Source: Deltaproteobacteria bacterium (GTDB lineage Bacteria > Desulfobacterota > Binatia > HRBIN30 > JACQVA1). Taken from it: a stretch of DNA of 64,000 bases. The stretch lies in NCBI GenBank assembly GCA_016178705.1, contig JACOST010000028.1:4951-68950 (forward strand). The letters run 5' to 3'. Shown piece after piece: positions 1-9,778 of the stretch. The notes beneath the pieces were generated by a model that was not told where the DNA came from, did not search any database, and saw only the letters and a program-made list of their open reading frames with translations. The translations under genes were made by a program, and so were the position numbers. Position 1 is the first letter of the stretch. Each line of letters opens with the position of its first letter.

Positions 1-427
1 TGAAAGGCGTGTAGAAGGTCCACCCGGTATCGACGCCGCCGGTGACCATAGCGAACAACGTGAACAGCGCGCCGACGACGTAGATGTACCAACTCAGCAG
101 GTTGAGCCGCGGGAACGCGAGGTCGCGGGCGCCGATCATGATGGGAATGAGAAAATTACCCAGTACGGCGGGAATCGACGGCACCAGGAAGAAGAAGATC
201 ATCACGATGCCGTGCATGGTGAACAGCTTGTTGTAAGTGTCCGCCGTCACCAGGTCGCCCGCGGGGGTGAGCAATTCGAGGCGGATCAGCAACGCGAACA
301 CGCCGCCGAGAAAGAACATCAGCGTGATCGATGCCAGATAGAGCAAGGCGATCCGCTTGTGGTCCACGGTCAGCAGCCACGACCGGATGCCGTAGTCGGC
401 GTTGAGATAGTGTGTGCGGGGTTCCAT
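1..427 (-). CDS. ctaD: Cytochrome c oxidase subunit I (5' part; runs off the window start)
   Basis: Not in the ORF track; manual translation from ATG 427 gives [30 protein letters not shown]...[16 protein letters not shown]...[21 protein letters not shown], the classic CoxI N-terminus; follows coxB. Confidence 0.95.
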   Translation of the reverse strand, partial: MEPRTHYLNADYGIRSWLLTVDHKRIALLYLASITLMFFLGGVFALLIRLELLTPAGDLVTADTYNKLFTMHGIVMIFFFLVPSIPAVLGNFLIPIMIGARDLAFPRLNLLSWYIYVVGALFTLFAMVTGGVDTGWTFYTPF

Positions 428-455
428 AGGATTGGGGGTCAGACGATAATCGCAA

Positions 456-521
456 GACGCGGGCGGGCCGCCCGCGCTACCGGGATGCTCTTGGATCCGG
501 TAGGGCGGGCCGCCCGCCCGC
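456..521. repeat. Inverted pair of GTAG-type REP palindromes (family B, GGTAG(C/G)GCGGGC...CCGCCCGC)
   Basis: gacgcgggcgggccgcccgcgctacc ... ggtagggcgggccgcccgcccgc; near-identical copy at 38663-38688. Confidence 0.75.
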
Positions 522-557
522 CTCCCTTCATTCTTGGAAGGCTCTTGATGGGGTGAC

Positions 558-1520
558 TCACGAGTGTGACTCCTGTCTGACCGGCCCCTGATCCCCAACC
601 CCCAGCCCCTTGAGATACGCGATCAACTGCAGCAGGCCCTCTTCGCTTACCAGGCCTTTGAACGTCGGCATGATCGGTTGATAGCCGGCGACGATCTTCG
701 CTTGCGGGTTGAGGATCGAATCACGCACGTAGGCTTCGTCGACGACGATGGTGTCGCCGCTCTGCATCTGGACCTTCTTGCCGAAGAGGCCATCGAGCGC
801 CGGACCGCGCGCGCCCGACTCGCCGCTGTGGCAGGTCACGCAGCCGAGTTGCTGGAAGAGCGTTTCGCCCGCCGACACCAGCGACTGCTTGACCCCGCCG
901 CTGAGCCACCCCTCGTAATCAGCCGGTTCCATCACGATCACCGATCCGATCATGCCGGAGTGCTGCGTGCCGCAGTACTCGGCGCAAAAGAGATGATACG
1001 TGCCGGGCTTGGTGGCCTCGAACCACGTCGCGGTGTAGCGGCCGGGAATCGCGTCTTGCTTGATGCGAAACGCCGGCACGTAAAAGCTGTGGATCACGTC
1101 TTCCGACGTCATCGTCACTTTCACCGGGCGACCGACCGGCACATGCAGCTCGTTGATCTCGCGCTGCCCCTCGATGTGTTGCAGCTTCCACATCCACTGC
1201 TTGCCGACGGCGAAGACTTGCAGCGCGTTGTCGGGCGGCCGTTGCAGTCGCACGAATACGCTCGCGCCCCACACGAACATGACCATCGCGATGCCGAACG
1301 GAATGATCGTCCACACCAACTCTAACGCAAGCGCCCCTTCGATGGCGTGCGGCCGATCGGTAGCCGAGCGACGCCGATAGCGGACTGCAAACACGACCAG
1401 CAGCACCGCGATCAGCGCAGCGAAGAACGCGCTCACCGCACACAGGAAAAAGAACAGCGCGTCCACGTCCTTCGCGACGGTGGAGGCTTGCTCCGGAAAC
1501 AGTGGCAGGTGCGACAGCAT
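558..1520 (-). CDS. coxB: Cytochrome c oxidase subunit II with C-terminal cytochrome c domain (caa3 type)
   Basis: Start [13 protein letters not shown]; LELVWT helix, KQWMW, CuA ligands VIHSF...[12 protein letters not shown], heme motif CVTCH. Confidence 0.95.
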   Translation of the reverse strand: MLSHLPLFPEQASTVAKDVDALFFFLCAVSAFFAALIAVLLVVFAVRYRRRSATDRPHAIEGALALELVWTIIPFGIAMVMFVWGASVFVRLQRPPDNALQVFAVGKQWMWKLQHIEGQREINELHVPVGRPVKVTMTSEDVIHSFYVPAFRIKQDAIPGRYTATWFEATKPGTYHLFCAEYCGTQHSGMIGSVIVMEPADYEGWLSGGVKQSLVSAGETLFQQLGCVTCHSGESGARGPALDGLFGKKVQMQSGDTIVVDEAYVRDSILNPQAKIVAGYQPIMPTFKGLVSEEGLLQLIAYLKGLGVGDQGPVRQESHS

Positions 1521-1525
1521 GAGAC

Positions 1526-2560
1526 TTATATTCTCCCTCTCCCACTGGGAGAGGGCTGGGGTGAGGGCGGAGCAACGACGGGCTTTCGCTCCCCAACAGA
1601 GGCGAGAGCAATGTCTCGGCGGCGCTGCGCGCGCTCGCGGCGCAGCATAACGATCATGAAGGTAGCGATGCTGAGCACGGTGATGACGCCGCCGAGCCGG
1701 ACCATGTTCAAGGCGACGGCGCCGTAGCGGCCGGTCGCCGGATCGTAGTGGAAGCAGTACAGCAGCAACTGATCGATCGGCGAGCCGATGCGATTCTCCG
1801 CGGCTTCGACCAGTCCGAGTCGCAGATCGCGGGGCGCGTACTCGACACCGAAGAAGTAGCGCGCGATGCGTCCCGCCGGTGTCAGCAGCGTGATGCCGGC
1901 GGCGTGGGCGTACTGCTTTTGCTCGGGGACGTAGGTGTAGCGAAAGCCGATCGCAGCGGCCAAGGCCGTGATCGCCGGCTCGTCGCCGGTTAAGAAGTGC
2001 CAGCCGCGTTCCGCACCCGGGCGCTTGTAGCGTTCGAGGTAGGTCTGCTTCTTCGCCGCGGCGAGTGCCGGCGTTTCGCGCGGGTTGAAACTGACGGTGA
2101 CCACTTCGAATTGTTCGCCTACGTTGAAGCTGAGGACCGCAAGGGCGCTGGCGAGGCCGTTGAGCGTGAGGGTGCAGAGCATCGGGCATTCGTAGTAGAC
2201 CAGCGCGAGGATGACGGGCTTGCTTCCAAAATATTGCCCGAGCTGAACCGCCGCACCGGTTTCGTCGCGGAACATCAAATCCAACGGCACCTGCTGATCG
2301 AGGTGCTGGTCGATACCGACCTCGCGAAGTACGGCGGGCTGCGCGGTGTCTTCCGCGCGTGCGACGGTGGCGAACGCGAGGAGCAGCAGTGCGACAGCGA
2401 GTAGTGGGCGCCAGCCGCCGACCTCCGAACCGTAGGGGCGACGCATGCGTCGCCCTCCGGCGTGACGGCGCGGGGATAGGAAGGCGATGTGTGCGATGAC
2501 ACCGAATCGGAGGGCGACGCATGCGTCGCCCCTACAAGGACGGGCGGTGGTGCGTATCAT
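1526..2560 (-). CDS. SCO family copper chaperone
   Basis: LVYYECPMLC CxxxC motif, WHFLTG, YAHAAG, LLLYCFHYDP; ATG overlaps the actG stop (ATGA); N-terminus contains a REP pair, alternative start at 2446. Confidence 0.9.
   Translation of the reverse strand: MIRTTARPCRGDACVALRFGVIAHIAFLSPRRHAGGRRMRRPYGSEVGGWRPLLAVALLLLAFATVARAEDTAQPAVLREVGIDQHLDQQVPLDLMFRDETGAAVQLGQYFGSKPVILALVYYECPMLCTLTLNGLASALAVLSFNVGEQFEVVTVSFNPRETPALAAAKKQTYLERYKRPGAERGWHFLTGDEPAITALAAAIGFRYTYVPEQKQYAHAAGITLLTPAGRIARYFFGVEYAPRDLRLGLVEAAENRIGSPIDQLLLYCFHYDPATGRYGAVALNMVRLGGVITVLSIATFMIVMLRRERAQRRRDIALASVGERKPVVAPPSPQPSPSGRGRI
1534..1567. repeat. REP-like palindrome (CCCTCACCCCAGCCCTCTCCC-N4-GGGAGAGGG type) overlapping the SCO 3' end
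   Basis: ccctctcccactgggagagggctggggtgaggg; encodes PSPQPSPSGRG at the SCO C-terminus. Confidence 0.7.
2432..2535. repeat. Inverted REP doublet (family A, GTAGGGGCGACGCATGCGTCGCCC)
   Basis: Copies at 2432-2455 and 2512-2535 in opposite orientation. Confidence 0.85.
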
Positions 2561-2964
2561 CGCGCCACCTTCGTCGGCGCCTGCCGCTGCGCCAGCAATT
2601 CCATTGCGCGCTCGATCGGAATGCGGGTCACGCCGGCCTTGCGATCGACCCAGCCGTAGGTTTGCAGCACCGCGTCTTCTTCGACGCGCATTTGTAGGAG
2701 ATCCTTGCGCGGATCGGTTTGCAGACGCGGCTCGGGCGGCACCTGCCGTCCGAAGCTGTGCGCCAACGGATTCGGCCGCGGGCTCTCTCTCGCCTCGTTT
2801 GTTGCCAGATGCGCGAGCAGTCCCCAGGTCAGCAGCAGCGATCCGCAGAGGAGCACGACCAGTCCGATGAGTCCGCCGACCACCGGCCGCAGGTAGACGT
2901 CGCGCGTCTCGTGGCCGACGTTGGTGCTGTGGGGATCGGAATGCGCCATGCCCTCAGTGCTCAC
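2557..2964 (-). CDS. actG: Alternative complex III subunit ActG-like
   Basis: GTG overlapping the actF stop; one TM helix; LQTYGWVDRKAGVTRIPIERAMELL resembles the ActG C-terminal YG...IPIDRAM motif; position after actF. Confidence 0.7.
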   Translation of the reverse strand: MSTEGMAHSDPHSTNVGHETRDVYLRPVVGGLIGLVVLLCGSLLLTWGLLAHLATNEARESPRPNPLAHSFGRQVPPEPRLQTDPRKDLLQMRVEEDAVLQTYGWVDRKAGVTRIPIERAMELLAQRQAPTKVAR

Positions 2965-4151
2965 GCGGCCTGCGGCAGCGAGGGATCGTGAATCGCCACC
3001 AGCGACCGACCCTTGAGTTGCCAGATGAAGAACCACAGCCAAATCCCGCCGACAGCAACGACGCAGGCGAGATCGAGCCAATGCACGCTGAACTCCGCCG
3101 GATGAAAGGCCGGCGTGACGAGCCAGAACAAATCGACGAAGCGAATCACGATGACGCCGAAGGCTACCGCGGCCAGCTTGCGAGCATCCCGCTTCACGTC
3201 GCGCGAGAGCAGGATGATGAACGGCAGCACGAAGTGGCCGAGGATCAACGCAATGCCGATCCACTGCCATCCGCCGCGCAGGCGACTGAGGTACCAGGGA
3301 ATCTCTTCGGGCAAATTGGCCGACCAGATGATGAGGAACTGCGACAGCGAGAAGTACGTCCACAACATCACGAACGCCAGCAGCAGTTTGCCGAGGTCAT
3401 GGAATTGCTCGATCTCGATCACATTGGCGAGCGGACCGCCGTCGGCCGCCAACAATGCCGCGAGCGGAATCACGAACGCCATAGCCGCCAGCACCTGGCC
3501 GCCCATGATGAGGATGCCGTAGATGGTCGAGGCCCAGTGCGGCTCGAGCGACATGATCCAGTCGATCGACGCGAAGGTCACGGTGAGGCCGATCAACAGG
3601 AGACCGCCGCGGCTGAGTTGCTCCAGCCAGTTGCCCGGCCCGGGATCGGTGGTGCGATCCTGCTCCAGCGACCAGCGGTTGAGGAAGTGCATCACCGTGA
3701 GCCAGGCACTGAAGTACAATACGGCTCGGGCAAGAAAGAACGGTACGTTGAGATACGCGCTCTTGTGCAACAGCGCCGCGTCGTGCGCGACGTGCTCGGG
3801 CTGCGCCCACGTGTACAGATGGTCGACGCCGAGCGCGATCGGCACGAACAGCACCGCCAGCAACGGTAGCGTGCGGGTACCGCATTCGAGCAAGCGGCGG
3901 ATCACCGCGCCCCACGCCCCGCCGGCGATGTGGTGGATCATCAGGATCGCCATGCTGCCCAGGGCGATGCCGAACCAGAACAGGTAGGCGATCAGATACG
4001 AGCGGAAGAATTGTGTCGGACTAGTCATCGCGCCGGCGCTGCACAGACCGATGCCGAGCACGCCGACCGCCAGCGCGAGTCGCTGCACGCGATTGAGCGC
4101 GTGGTCCGGGCTCAGCCGGATGTCGTCGAAGGCGTGAGCGCGGCTAGTCAT
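2961..4151 (-). CDS. actF: Alternative complex III membrane subunit ActF
   Basis: Multi-TM; DWIMSLEPHWASTIYG, HDLGKLLLAFVMLWTYFSLSQFLIIWSANLPEEIPWY. Confidence 0.9.
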   Translation of the reverse strand: MTSRAHAFDDIRLSPDHALNRVQRLALAVGVLGIGLCSAGAMTSPTQFFRSYLIAYLFWFGIALGSMAILMIHHIAGGAWGAVIRRLLECGTRTLPLLAVLFVPIALGVDHLYTWAQPEHVAHDAALLHKSAYLNVPFFLARAVLYFSAWLTVMHFLNRWSLEQDRTTDPGPGNWLEQLSRGGLLLIGLTVTFASIDWIMSLEPHWASTIYGILIMGGQVLAAMAFVIPLAALLAADGGPLANVIEIEQFHDLGKLLLAFVMLWTYFSLSQFLIIWSANLPEEIPWYLSRLRGGWQWIGIALILGHFVLPFIILLSRDVKRDARKLAAVAFGVIVIRFVDLFWLVTPAFHPAEFSVHWLDLACVVAVGGIWLWFFIWQLKGRSLVAIHDPSLPQAA

Positions 4152-4815
4152 GACTCTGTGCCAGTGTCGCCCGTTCAGCCGGCGGGACATCCGACAGCGC
4201 GGCGTGCTGACTGAGCTGGAGCGCTCGTATGTAGGCGACGATCGCCCAGCGATCGGTGACGGGAATTTGCGACGTGTAGTCGGGCATCGCGCCGAAGCCA
4301 CGGCTGATGACATCGAAAACGTAGCCCGGCGCGGTAGCGCGCAGCCGGTCGATGTGCAGCGACGGCGGACGGCGATAGCCGCGGCGCACGATCATGCCCT
4401 CGCCGTTGCCGAGGCGGTCATGGCAGGGCGAGCAATAGATGTCGTAGCGTTCCTGTCCGCGATCGAGTACCTCGCGCGTGATCGGGAGCGGGAAGGTGGC
4501 CACGAAGTCCGCACCTGACTTGCCGGTGTGCAGCGCGTCGTCATCGTCGAGATGGCCGCGCGCGACCGTGTCGGGCACCAGCGGCCGTGACGCACGGCCG
4601 TCGTCGAAGAACGGACTCGATTTGAGCGGCTTGTACTTCGGCTGATCGTGCATGTCCTGCCGACAGCCGGCGAGTAGCAACAGGGCGAAAAGGCAGATAG
4701 CAGATGGCTGATGGCGAATCGCTCCCTTTAGCCGATCTGCGGCGTGCGACATGCGACGAGTGACCACGCGCGTCTTCAGACAATCCGCAATCCCCAATCC
4801 GCAATCCGCAATCAT
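4144..4815 (-). CDS. actE: Alternative complex III monoheme cytochrome c lipoprotein ActE
   Basis: Lipobox LAGC then RQDMHDQPKY; CSPCH; MPDY; RWAIVAYIRALQ; ATG overlaps the actD stop (alternative start 4752). Confidence 0.9.
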   Translation of the reverse strand: MIADCGLGIADCLKTRVVTRRMSHAADRLKGAIRHQPSAICLFALLLLAGCRQDMHDQPKYKPLKSSPFFDDGRASRPLVPDTVARGHLDDDDALHTGKSGADFVATFPLPITREVLDRGQERYDIYCSPCHDRLGNGEGMIVRRGYRRPPSLHIDRLRATAPGYVFDVISRGFGAMPDYTSQIPVTDRWAIVAYIRALQLSQHAALSDVPPAERATLAQSHD

Positions 4816-5351
4816 CAATGCTCCACCTCGCTGATTGAACGCGGCACCTGCCGCTCGAGAAAGCGGCGCGTCGTGTCGCGATCGAACAGCGGATCGGTGC
4901 CTTCGATGCACAGGAAGAAGCGGTCGCGCGTCGCCAACGCGAAGCGCGGCACGTTGAACACCGGGTGATACGGCATCGGCAGCCCATTGAGCGCGAGCAT
5001 CCCGAGCACCGCCGTCAGCGCCGCGACCAGCACGGTGCACTCGAACGTGATCGGGATGAACGACACCCAGCTATGGAACGGCCGGCCGCCGACGTTGATG
5101 GGATACTCGATCACCGATGCCCAGTACTGCAACCCGTACCCGCCGAGCCCGCCGAGGATGCCGCCGATGAGCACGAGCAGCGGCAGGCGATTGTGATGGA
5201 AGCCGAGCGCCTCCGACACTTCTTCGATCGGATACGGCGTGTACGCATCGAGCTGGCGGTAGCCCGCCTCGCGGGCGCGGCGCACCGCGGCGATCAATTC
5301 GTTCGGTTCGCTGAACTCGGCCATCAGGCCATGGATCGGCGGTCGCTTCAC
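4815..5351 (-). CDS. actD: Alternative complex III subunit ActD (DUF3341)
   Basis: GLMAEF...DAYTPYP, YPINVGGRP, FIPITFE, DRFFLCIE. Confidence 0.92.
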   Translation of the reverse strand: MKRPPIHGLMAEFSEPNELIAAVRRAREAGYRQLDAYTPYPIEEVSEALGFHHNRLPLLVLIGGILGGLGGYGLQYWASVIEYPINVGGRPFHSWVSFIPITFECTVLVAALTAVLGMLALNGLPMPYHPVFNVPRFALATRDRFFLCIEGTDPLFDRDTTRRFLERQVPRSISEVEH

Positions 5352-6724
5352 AGCACGCCCTCCTTGACCTCAGCCTCGGGAACGAGCGTGCGCATTTCGA
5401 AGATCGAGATCATTGGCAAGAAGCGCAGGAACAAAAACAGCAAGCTGAGGAACAGTCCGATCGTACCGATGAACGTCGTCCAATCCCAGATCGTGCCGTG
5501 GTACATGCCCCACGACGACGGCAGGAAGTCGCGGTGCAAGCTGGTGACGACGATGATGAAGCGCTCGAGCCACATGCCGACATTGACGAACAGGCAGATG
5601 ACGAAGAGCAGCGGAACAGTGGCGCGCACTTTCCGGAACCACAGCAACTGCGGCACGACCACGTTGCACACCAGCAGCGACCAGTACATCTGCGCGTACG
5701 GACCGAAGAAGCGATTGGTGATCATGAACTGCTCGTAGGGGTTGGCGCTGTACCACGCCATGAAGGCTTCCATCATGTAGCCGTAGGCCACGATGAGGCC
5801 GGTGGCGAGCATGACCCTTCCCATGTAGTCGAGATGGCGTGCGGTGATGAAGTCTTCGAGGCCGTAGGCTTTGCGCAACGGGATCGCCAAGGTCATCACC
5901 ATCGCGAAACCCGCGTAGATCGCACCGGCGACGAAGTACGGCGGGAAAATCGTCGCGTGCCACCCCGGAGTCACACCGACGGCGAAGTCGAAGCTGACTA
6001 TCGTGTGCACCGACACCACCAGTGGCGTCGACAGGCCGGCGAGCAGCAGGTACGCCGTCTCGTAGCGATGCCAATGCGTCGCCGATCCGCGCCATCCCAT
6101 CGCCAGCATGCCGTAAATGAAGCGACCGGCGCGATTCGGCGACCGATCGCGCAACGTGGCGAGGTCGGGAATCAGACCAACGAACCAGAACATCAACGAC
6201 ACGATCGCGTACGTTGACACCGCGAACACGTCCCAAATCAGCGGGCTGCGAAACTGCGGCCACACGCCCATCGTGTTGGGGTAGGGGAGCAGCCAGTAGA
6301 ACAACCACGGCCGGCCGAGGTGGAGCAGCGGGAACATGCCGGCGCATGCAACCGCGAACAACGTCATCGCTTCCGCGAAGCGGTTGATCGAGGTGCGCCA
6401 CTCCTGACGCAGCAACAGTAGGATCGCCGAAATCAGTGTGCCGGCGTGGCCGATGCCGATCCACCACACGAAGTTGATGATGTCGAAGCCCCAGCCGACG
6501 GGGATGTTGACGCCCCAGATTCCGATGCCCTCGGTGAGCAGATAGGCCACCGAGTAAAGGAACAGCATCAGCAGGCTGAACGAGATGGCGAAGCCGACGA
6601 ACCACCAACGCGGCGTCTTCCCGGTCAACACCACCGCGCTGATCTTGTCGGTGACCGAGCCGAACGTATGCCCCGGCCCGATGATCGGGGCCGTCCGAGA
6701 TTCGGGCCGCGAGTCTTGGCTCAT
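5348..6724 (-). CDS. actC: Alternative complex III subunit ActC (NrfD/PsrC family)
   Basis: WGFDIINFVWWIGIGHAGTLISAIL, RFAEAMT, HLGRPW, PGWHATIFPPYFVAGAI. Confidence 0.95.
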   Translation of the reverse strand: MSQDSRPESRTAPIIGPGHTFGSVTDKISAVVLTGKTPRWWFVGFAISFSLLMLFLYSVAYLLTEGIGIWGVNIPVGWGFDIINFVWWIGIGHAGTLISAILLLLRQEWRTSINRFAEAMTLFAVACAGMFPLLHLGRPWLFYWLLPYPNTMGVWPQFRSPLIWDVFAVSTYAIVSLMFWFVGLIPDLATLRDRSPNRAGRFIYGMLAMGWRGSATHWHRYETAYLLLAGLSTPLVVSVHTIVSFDFAVGVTPGWHATIFPPYFVAGAIYAGFAMVMTLAIPLRKAYGLEDFITARHLDYMGRVMLATGLIVAYGYMMEAFMAWYSANPYEQFMITNRFFGPYAQMYWSLLVCNVVVPQLLWFRKVRATVPLLFVICLFVNVGMWLERFIIVVTSLHRDFLPSSWGMYHGTIWDWTTFIGTIGLFLSLLFLFLRFLPMISIFEMRTLVPEAEVKEGVL

Positions 6725-9700
6725 CCTCGATCCTCATCGCCGAGTTCCGGATTGGGATTGCGCAGGCGCGCCAAGTAGGTCGTGCGCGGGCGCGTGTTCA
6801 GCTCGCCGAGCAGCGAGTAGTTGCGCGCCTCGGCCTTGAGTTTGGCGACGCGGCTCTGCGGATCGTTGATGTTGCCGAACACGATGGCCTCGGCCGGGCA
6901 GACTTGCTGGCAGGCGGTGACGATTTCGCCGTCGCGGATGCTGCGGTCCTCTTTCTGCGCTTCGATGCGCGCAAAATTAATCCGCTGCACGCAATACGTA
7001 CACTTCTCCATCACGCCACGGGTGCGCACGGTGACATCCGGGTTTTCCGCCATCTTGAGGCTCTCGACAGTTTGGTTCGAGTACAAGAACCAGTTGAAGC
7101 GGCGCACTTTGTAGGGACAGTTGTTCGAGCAATACTTAGTCCCGACGCAGCGGTTGTAGACCATGTCATTGAGGCCTTCGCTGCTGTGCGTGGTGGCGCC
7201 GACCGGGCAGACGACTTCGCACGGCGCGTTCTCGCAATGCATGCACGGGACCGGTTGATGATAGGTCGTCGGGTTGTCGAGGTTGCCGGCGTAGTAGCGA
7301 TCGACGCGTATCCAATGCATCTCGTGCCCGCGCGCAACCTCGGTTTTGCCGACGATCGGAATGTTGTTCTCCGCCTGACACGCAATGGCGCAGGCGTTGC
7401 ATCCGGTACACGAGTTCAGATCGATCGCCATGCCCCACGCGTAGCTGTCGTACGGATGATCGTTCGGGTACAGCGTCATGTCCGCCGGCGGCGGCTCGGC
7501 TAATTCCCGGATGAAGTCGGGATGCGAGCGATACTCCTCGATGGCGCCGGCCAGAGCGAGGTGGCGGCCTTCCATGCTGTGGTGGTGCTGCGTGCAGGCG
7601 AGCGGATACGTCTCGCCGGTTTTGCGCAGCGTAGCGCCGCTCGCCGACCACGGGGCGTTGGCCGTACGAATCGTGTAAGCGTTGAAGCCGCTGCCGTTGC
7701 CGACCCGCCCGGCGCGGGTGCGGCCGTGTCCAAAATGAATCGTGATGGCATCGGCGACGTGGCCGGGCATGATCCAGATCGGCGCTCGCACGCTGCGGCC
7801 GGCGTAGCGCACTTCGACGAGATCTTCGCTGGCGAGCGCAAGCCGCTCGGCGGTGGCCGGCGCGATCAACGCGGCGTTGTCCCACGTCATGCGCGTCAGC
7901 GACTTGGGCAGTTCCTGCAACCAGCCGTTGTTGGCGAAGCGTCCGTCGAAGATGGTCGCGTCCGGCCGGAAGATGATTTCCAACGTGTCGTCCTTGGGAT
8001 TGCGTTCGACGCGGTCGCGCGCCTTGTCCCAGTCGGGTCGCAGCGACACGGACTTCGCGGGCAACGCGCTGCCGGCCACAACGCCGTTGTGCAGCGACTC
8101 GCGCCAGAAGCGCTCGAAGTCGAGCGCCGGGTGTTGGGTCTTCCAATGGTCGCGCACGATGTCGTGGCTGGTGCGATCAGGGTGGTCCGACATCGCGGCC
8201 AGCACTTCGTGCGCGGTCTTGCCGCCGTAGAGCGGGGCGATCAGCGGCTGCATGATCGTGATCGTGCCGTCATAGGCGCGCGCGTCGCTCCAAGATTCGA
8301 GGCAGTGCGCCTCGGGGATGTGCCAATGGCACAGCTCCGACGTCTCGTCGTTGTAGAGGCTGAGGTGAACGCTCAGCGGAACCTTGCTCAGCGCGGCGCC
8401 GAAGGCGATGTCGGCCGGCGCGTTGAACACCGGGTTGCCGCCGAGGATCATCAATGCCGCGACCTTGCCGGCATCCATGTCGGTCACCAATTCGCGCAGC
8501 GAATCGGTTTGCGGGACCACGGAGGCCGAGACCGGATCGGTATGAATCACCGTCTGTCCGTGGTTGCCGAGTGCGTGATTGACGACGTGCACGAGCGTGT
8601 GCACGATCGGCGGCTGCTCATCGCCGGCGATGACAATGCTGGTGCCGCGATGACGTTGCAGGTCGGCCACGATCGTCGCGGTCCAGCGTGGGTGAGCGCC
8701 GAGCCCGCCCGGTGTCTGCACTGGCACGCCCAAAGCCGCCGCGATCGAGCGTGCGAAGTCTTCGATCTCGCCCGGCCGTAGGGCAAGTCGATGATCCGCC
8801 ATCGCGCCGGTGTTCGACGGTGTGCTCTCGACCACGTAGAGCCGATTCATTTCGCTGCGCGGGTTTTGCACGCGGCGTTTGCCGCTGAAGTCGCGTACGT
8901 AGCGCACGTGCGCGGGACCGCATGAGAGGAAGTCCGCGTCGAGCGCGAGCACAACCTCCGCCTTGTCGAAGCGATACTGCGTCTCGACGTTCTCGCCGAA
9001 GGCGCGCCGGGCGCCGGCATACACCTGATCGCGGTTCGCGGGTTCGTACTGGTGCCACTTTGCGAGTGGAAACTCGGTGAGCAGCGCGCGAATCTGGCTG
9101 GCGAGCGTCGGCGAGGTGATCGTCTCAGTGAGCAGCCGCAACCCCGCGCCGCGTTGCTCACGCTGCGCTTCCAACGCGGTGCGCAGGCTGGCGAGCAGCG
9201 CACTCCACGGCCGAATGTCGCCGACGGTGGTAATCACTTGCGAACGATCGGGATCGTAGAGCGTCAACACCGCGGCCTGCGCGAAGGAGTCGGTGGCACC
9301 GAGGCTGGCGGGATGATCCGGGTTGCCCTCGACCTTGGTCGGGCGCCCCATGTGGCTTTCGACCAGCACGCCCGACGCGATGCCGCCGAGGGGAATCGCG
9401 GTGGCGAAGAAGAGCGGTCGACCCGGAACGATCTGCTCGGGCTGTCGGACGTACGGCACGATCTTCTCTTCCGGCTGGCGCGTGCACGCGTTCAAGCCGG
9501 CAAGCGCGAGCGACGCGCCCATCAGTTTCAAAAAGTCGCGCCGCTCGATCCCGTTGCCGCTCTCGCCGAAGGCAGCGCTGTGGCGCGGGAACTCGTTGTG
9601 CAGGAACCACTCGAAGTCGTCGGTCTCGGCCAGCTCTTCGAGGCTGCGCCAGTATTGCTTCCCGGTGGCGTTGGCGAGCTTGCGCCGGATGGCGGCGAGA

Positions 9701-9768
9701 TCGACACGCTTCTTCATCGGTTCGCTGTCGCGCAGTCGTTCCGGTTGTGTGGTCAACTTCTCGTCCAT
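6721..9768 (-). CDS. actB: Alternative complex III subunit ActB (Tat-variant molybdopterin-oxidoreductase-like plus Fe-S domain)
   Basis: YWRSLEEL...RRDFLKLMGAS..AC; GRPTKVEGNPDHP; C-terminal Fe-S motifs CTGCNAC, CMHCENAPC, CVGTKYCSNNCPY, CTYC. Confidence 0.95.
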   Translation of the reverse strand: MDEKLTTQPERLRDSEPMKKRVDLAAIRRKLANATGKQYWRSLEELAETDDFEWFLHNEFPRHSAAFGESGNGIERRDFLKLMGASLALAGLNACTRQPEEKIVPYVRQPEQIVPGRPLFFATAIPLGGIASGVLVESHMGRPTKVEGNPDHPASLGATDSFAQAAVLTLYDPDRSQVITTVGDIRPWSALLASLRTALEAQREQRGAGLRLLTETITSPTLASQIRALLTEFPLAKWHQYEPANRDQVYAGARRAFGENVETQYRFDKAEVVLALDADFLSCGPAHVRYVRDFSGKRRVQNPRSEMNRLYVVESTPSNTGAMADHRLALRPGEIEDFARSIAAALGVPVQTPGGLGAHPRWTATIVADLQRHRGTSIVIAGDEQPPIVHTLVHVVNHALGNHGQTVIHTDPVSASVVPQTDSLRELVTDMDAGKVAALMILGGNPVFNAPADIAFGAALSKVPLSVHLSLYNDETSELCHWHIPEAHCLESWSDARAYDGTITIMQPLIAPLYGGKTAHEVLAAMSDHPDRTSHDIVRDHWKTQHPALDFERFWRESLHNGVVAGSALPAKSVSLRPDWDKARDRVERNPKDDTLEIIFRPDATIFDGRFANNGWLQELPKSLTRMTWDNAALIAPATAERLALASEDLVEVRYAGRSVRAPIWIMPGHVADAITIHFGHGRTRAGRVGNGSGFNAYTIRTANAPWSASGATLRKTGETYPLACTQHHHSMEGRHLALAGAIEEYRSHPDFIRELAEPPPADMTLYPNDHPYDSYAWGMAIDLNSCTGCNACAIACQAENNIPIVGKTEVARGHEMHWIRVDRYYAGNLDNPTTYHQPVPCMHCENAPCEVVCPVGATTHSSEGLNDMVYNRCVGTKYCSNNCPYKVRRFNWFLYSNQTVESLKMAENPDVTVRTRGVMEKCTYCVQRINFARIEAQKEDRSIRDGEIVTACQQVCPAEAIVFGNINDPQSRVAKLKAEARNYSLLGELNTRPRTTYLARLRNPNPELGDEDRG

Positions 9769-9778
9769 TGAGTGTCGC

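Noticed and set aside
1521-2522. 334-aa N-terminal extension of coxB in the ORF track (558..2522)
   Set aside because: Overlaps the SCO gene in another frame and is low-complexity Arg-rich; CoxII similarity starts at MLSHLP (1520)
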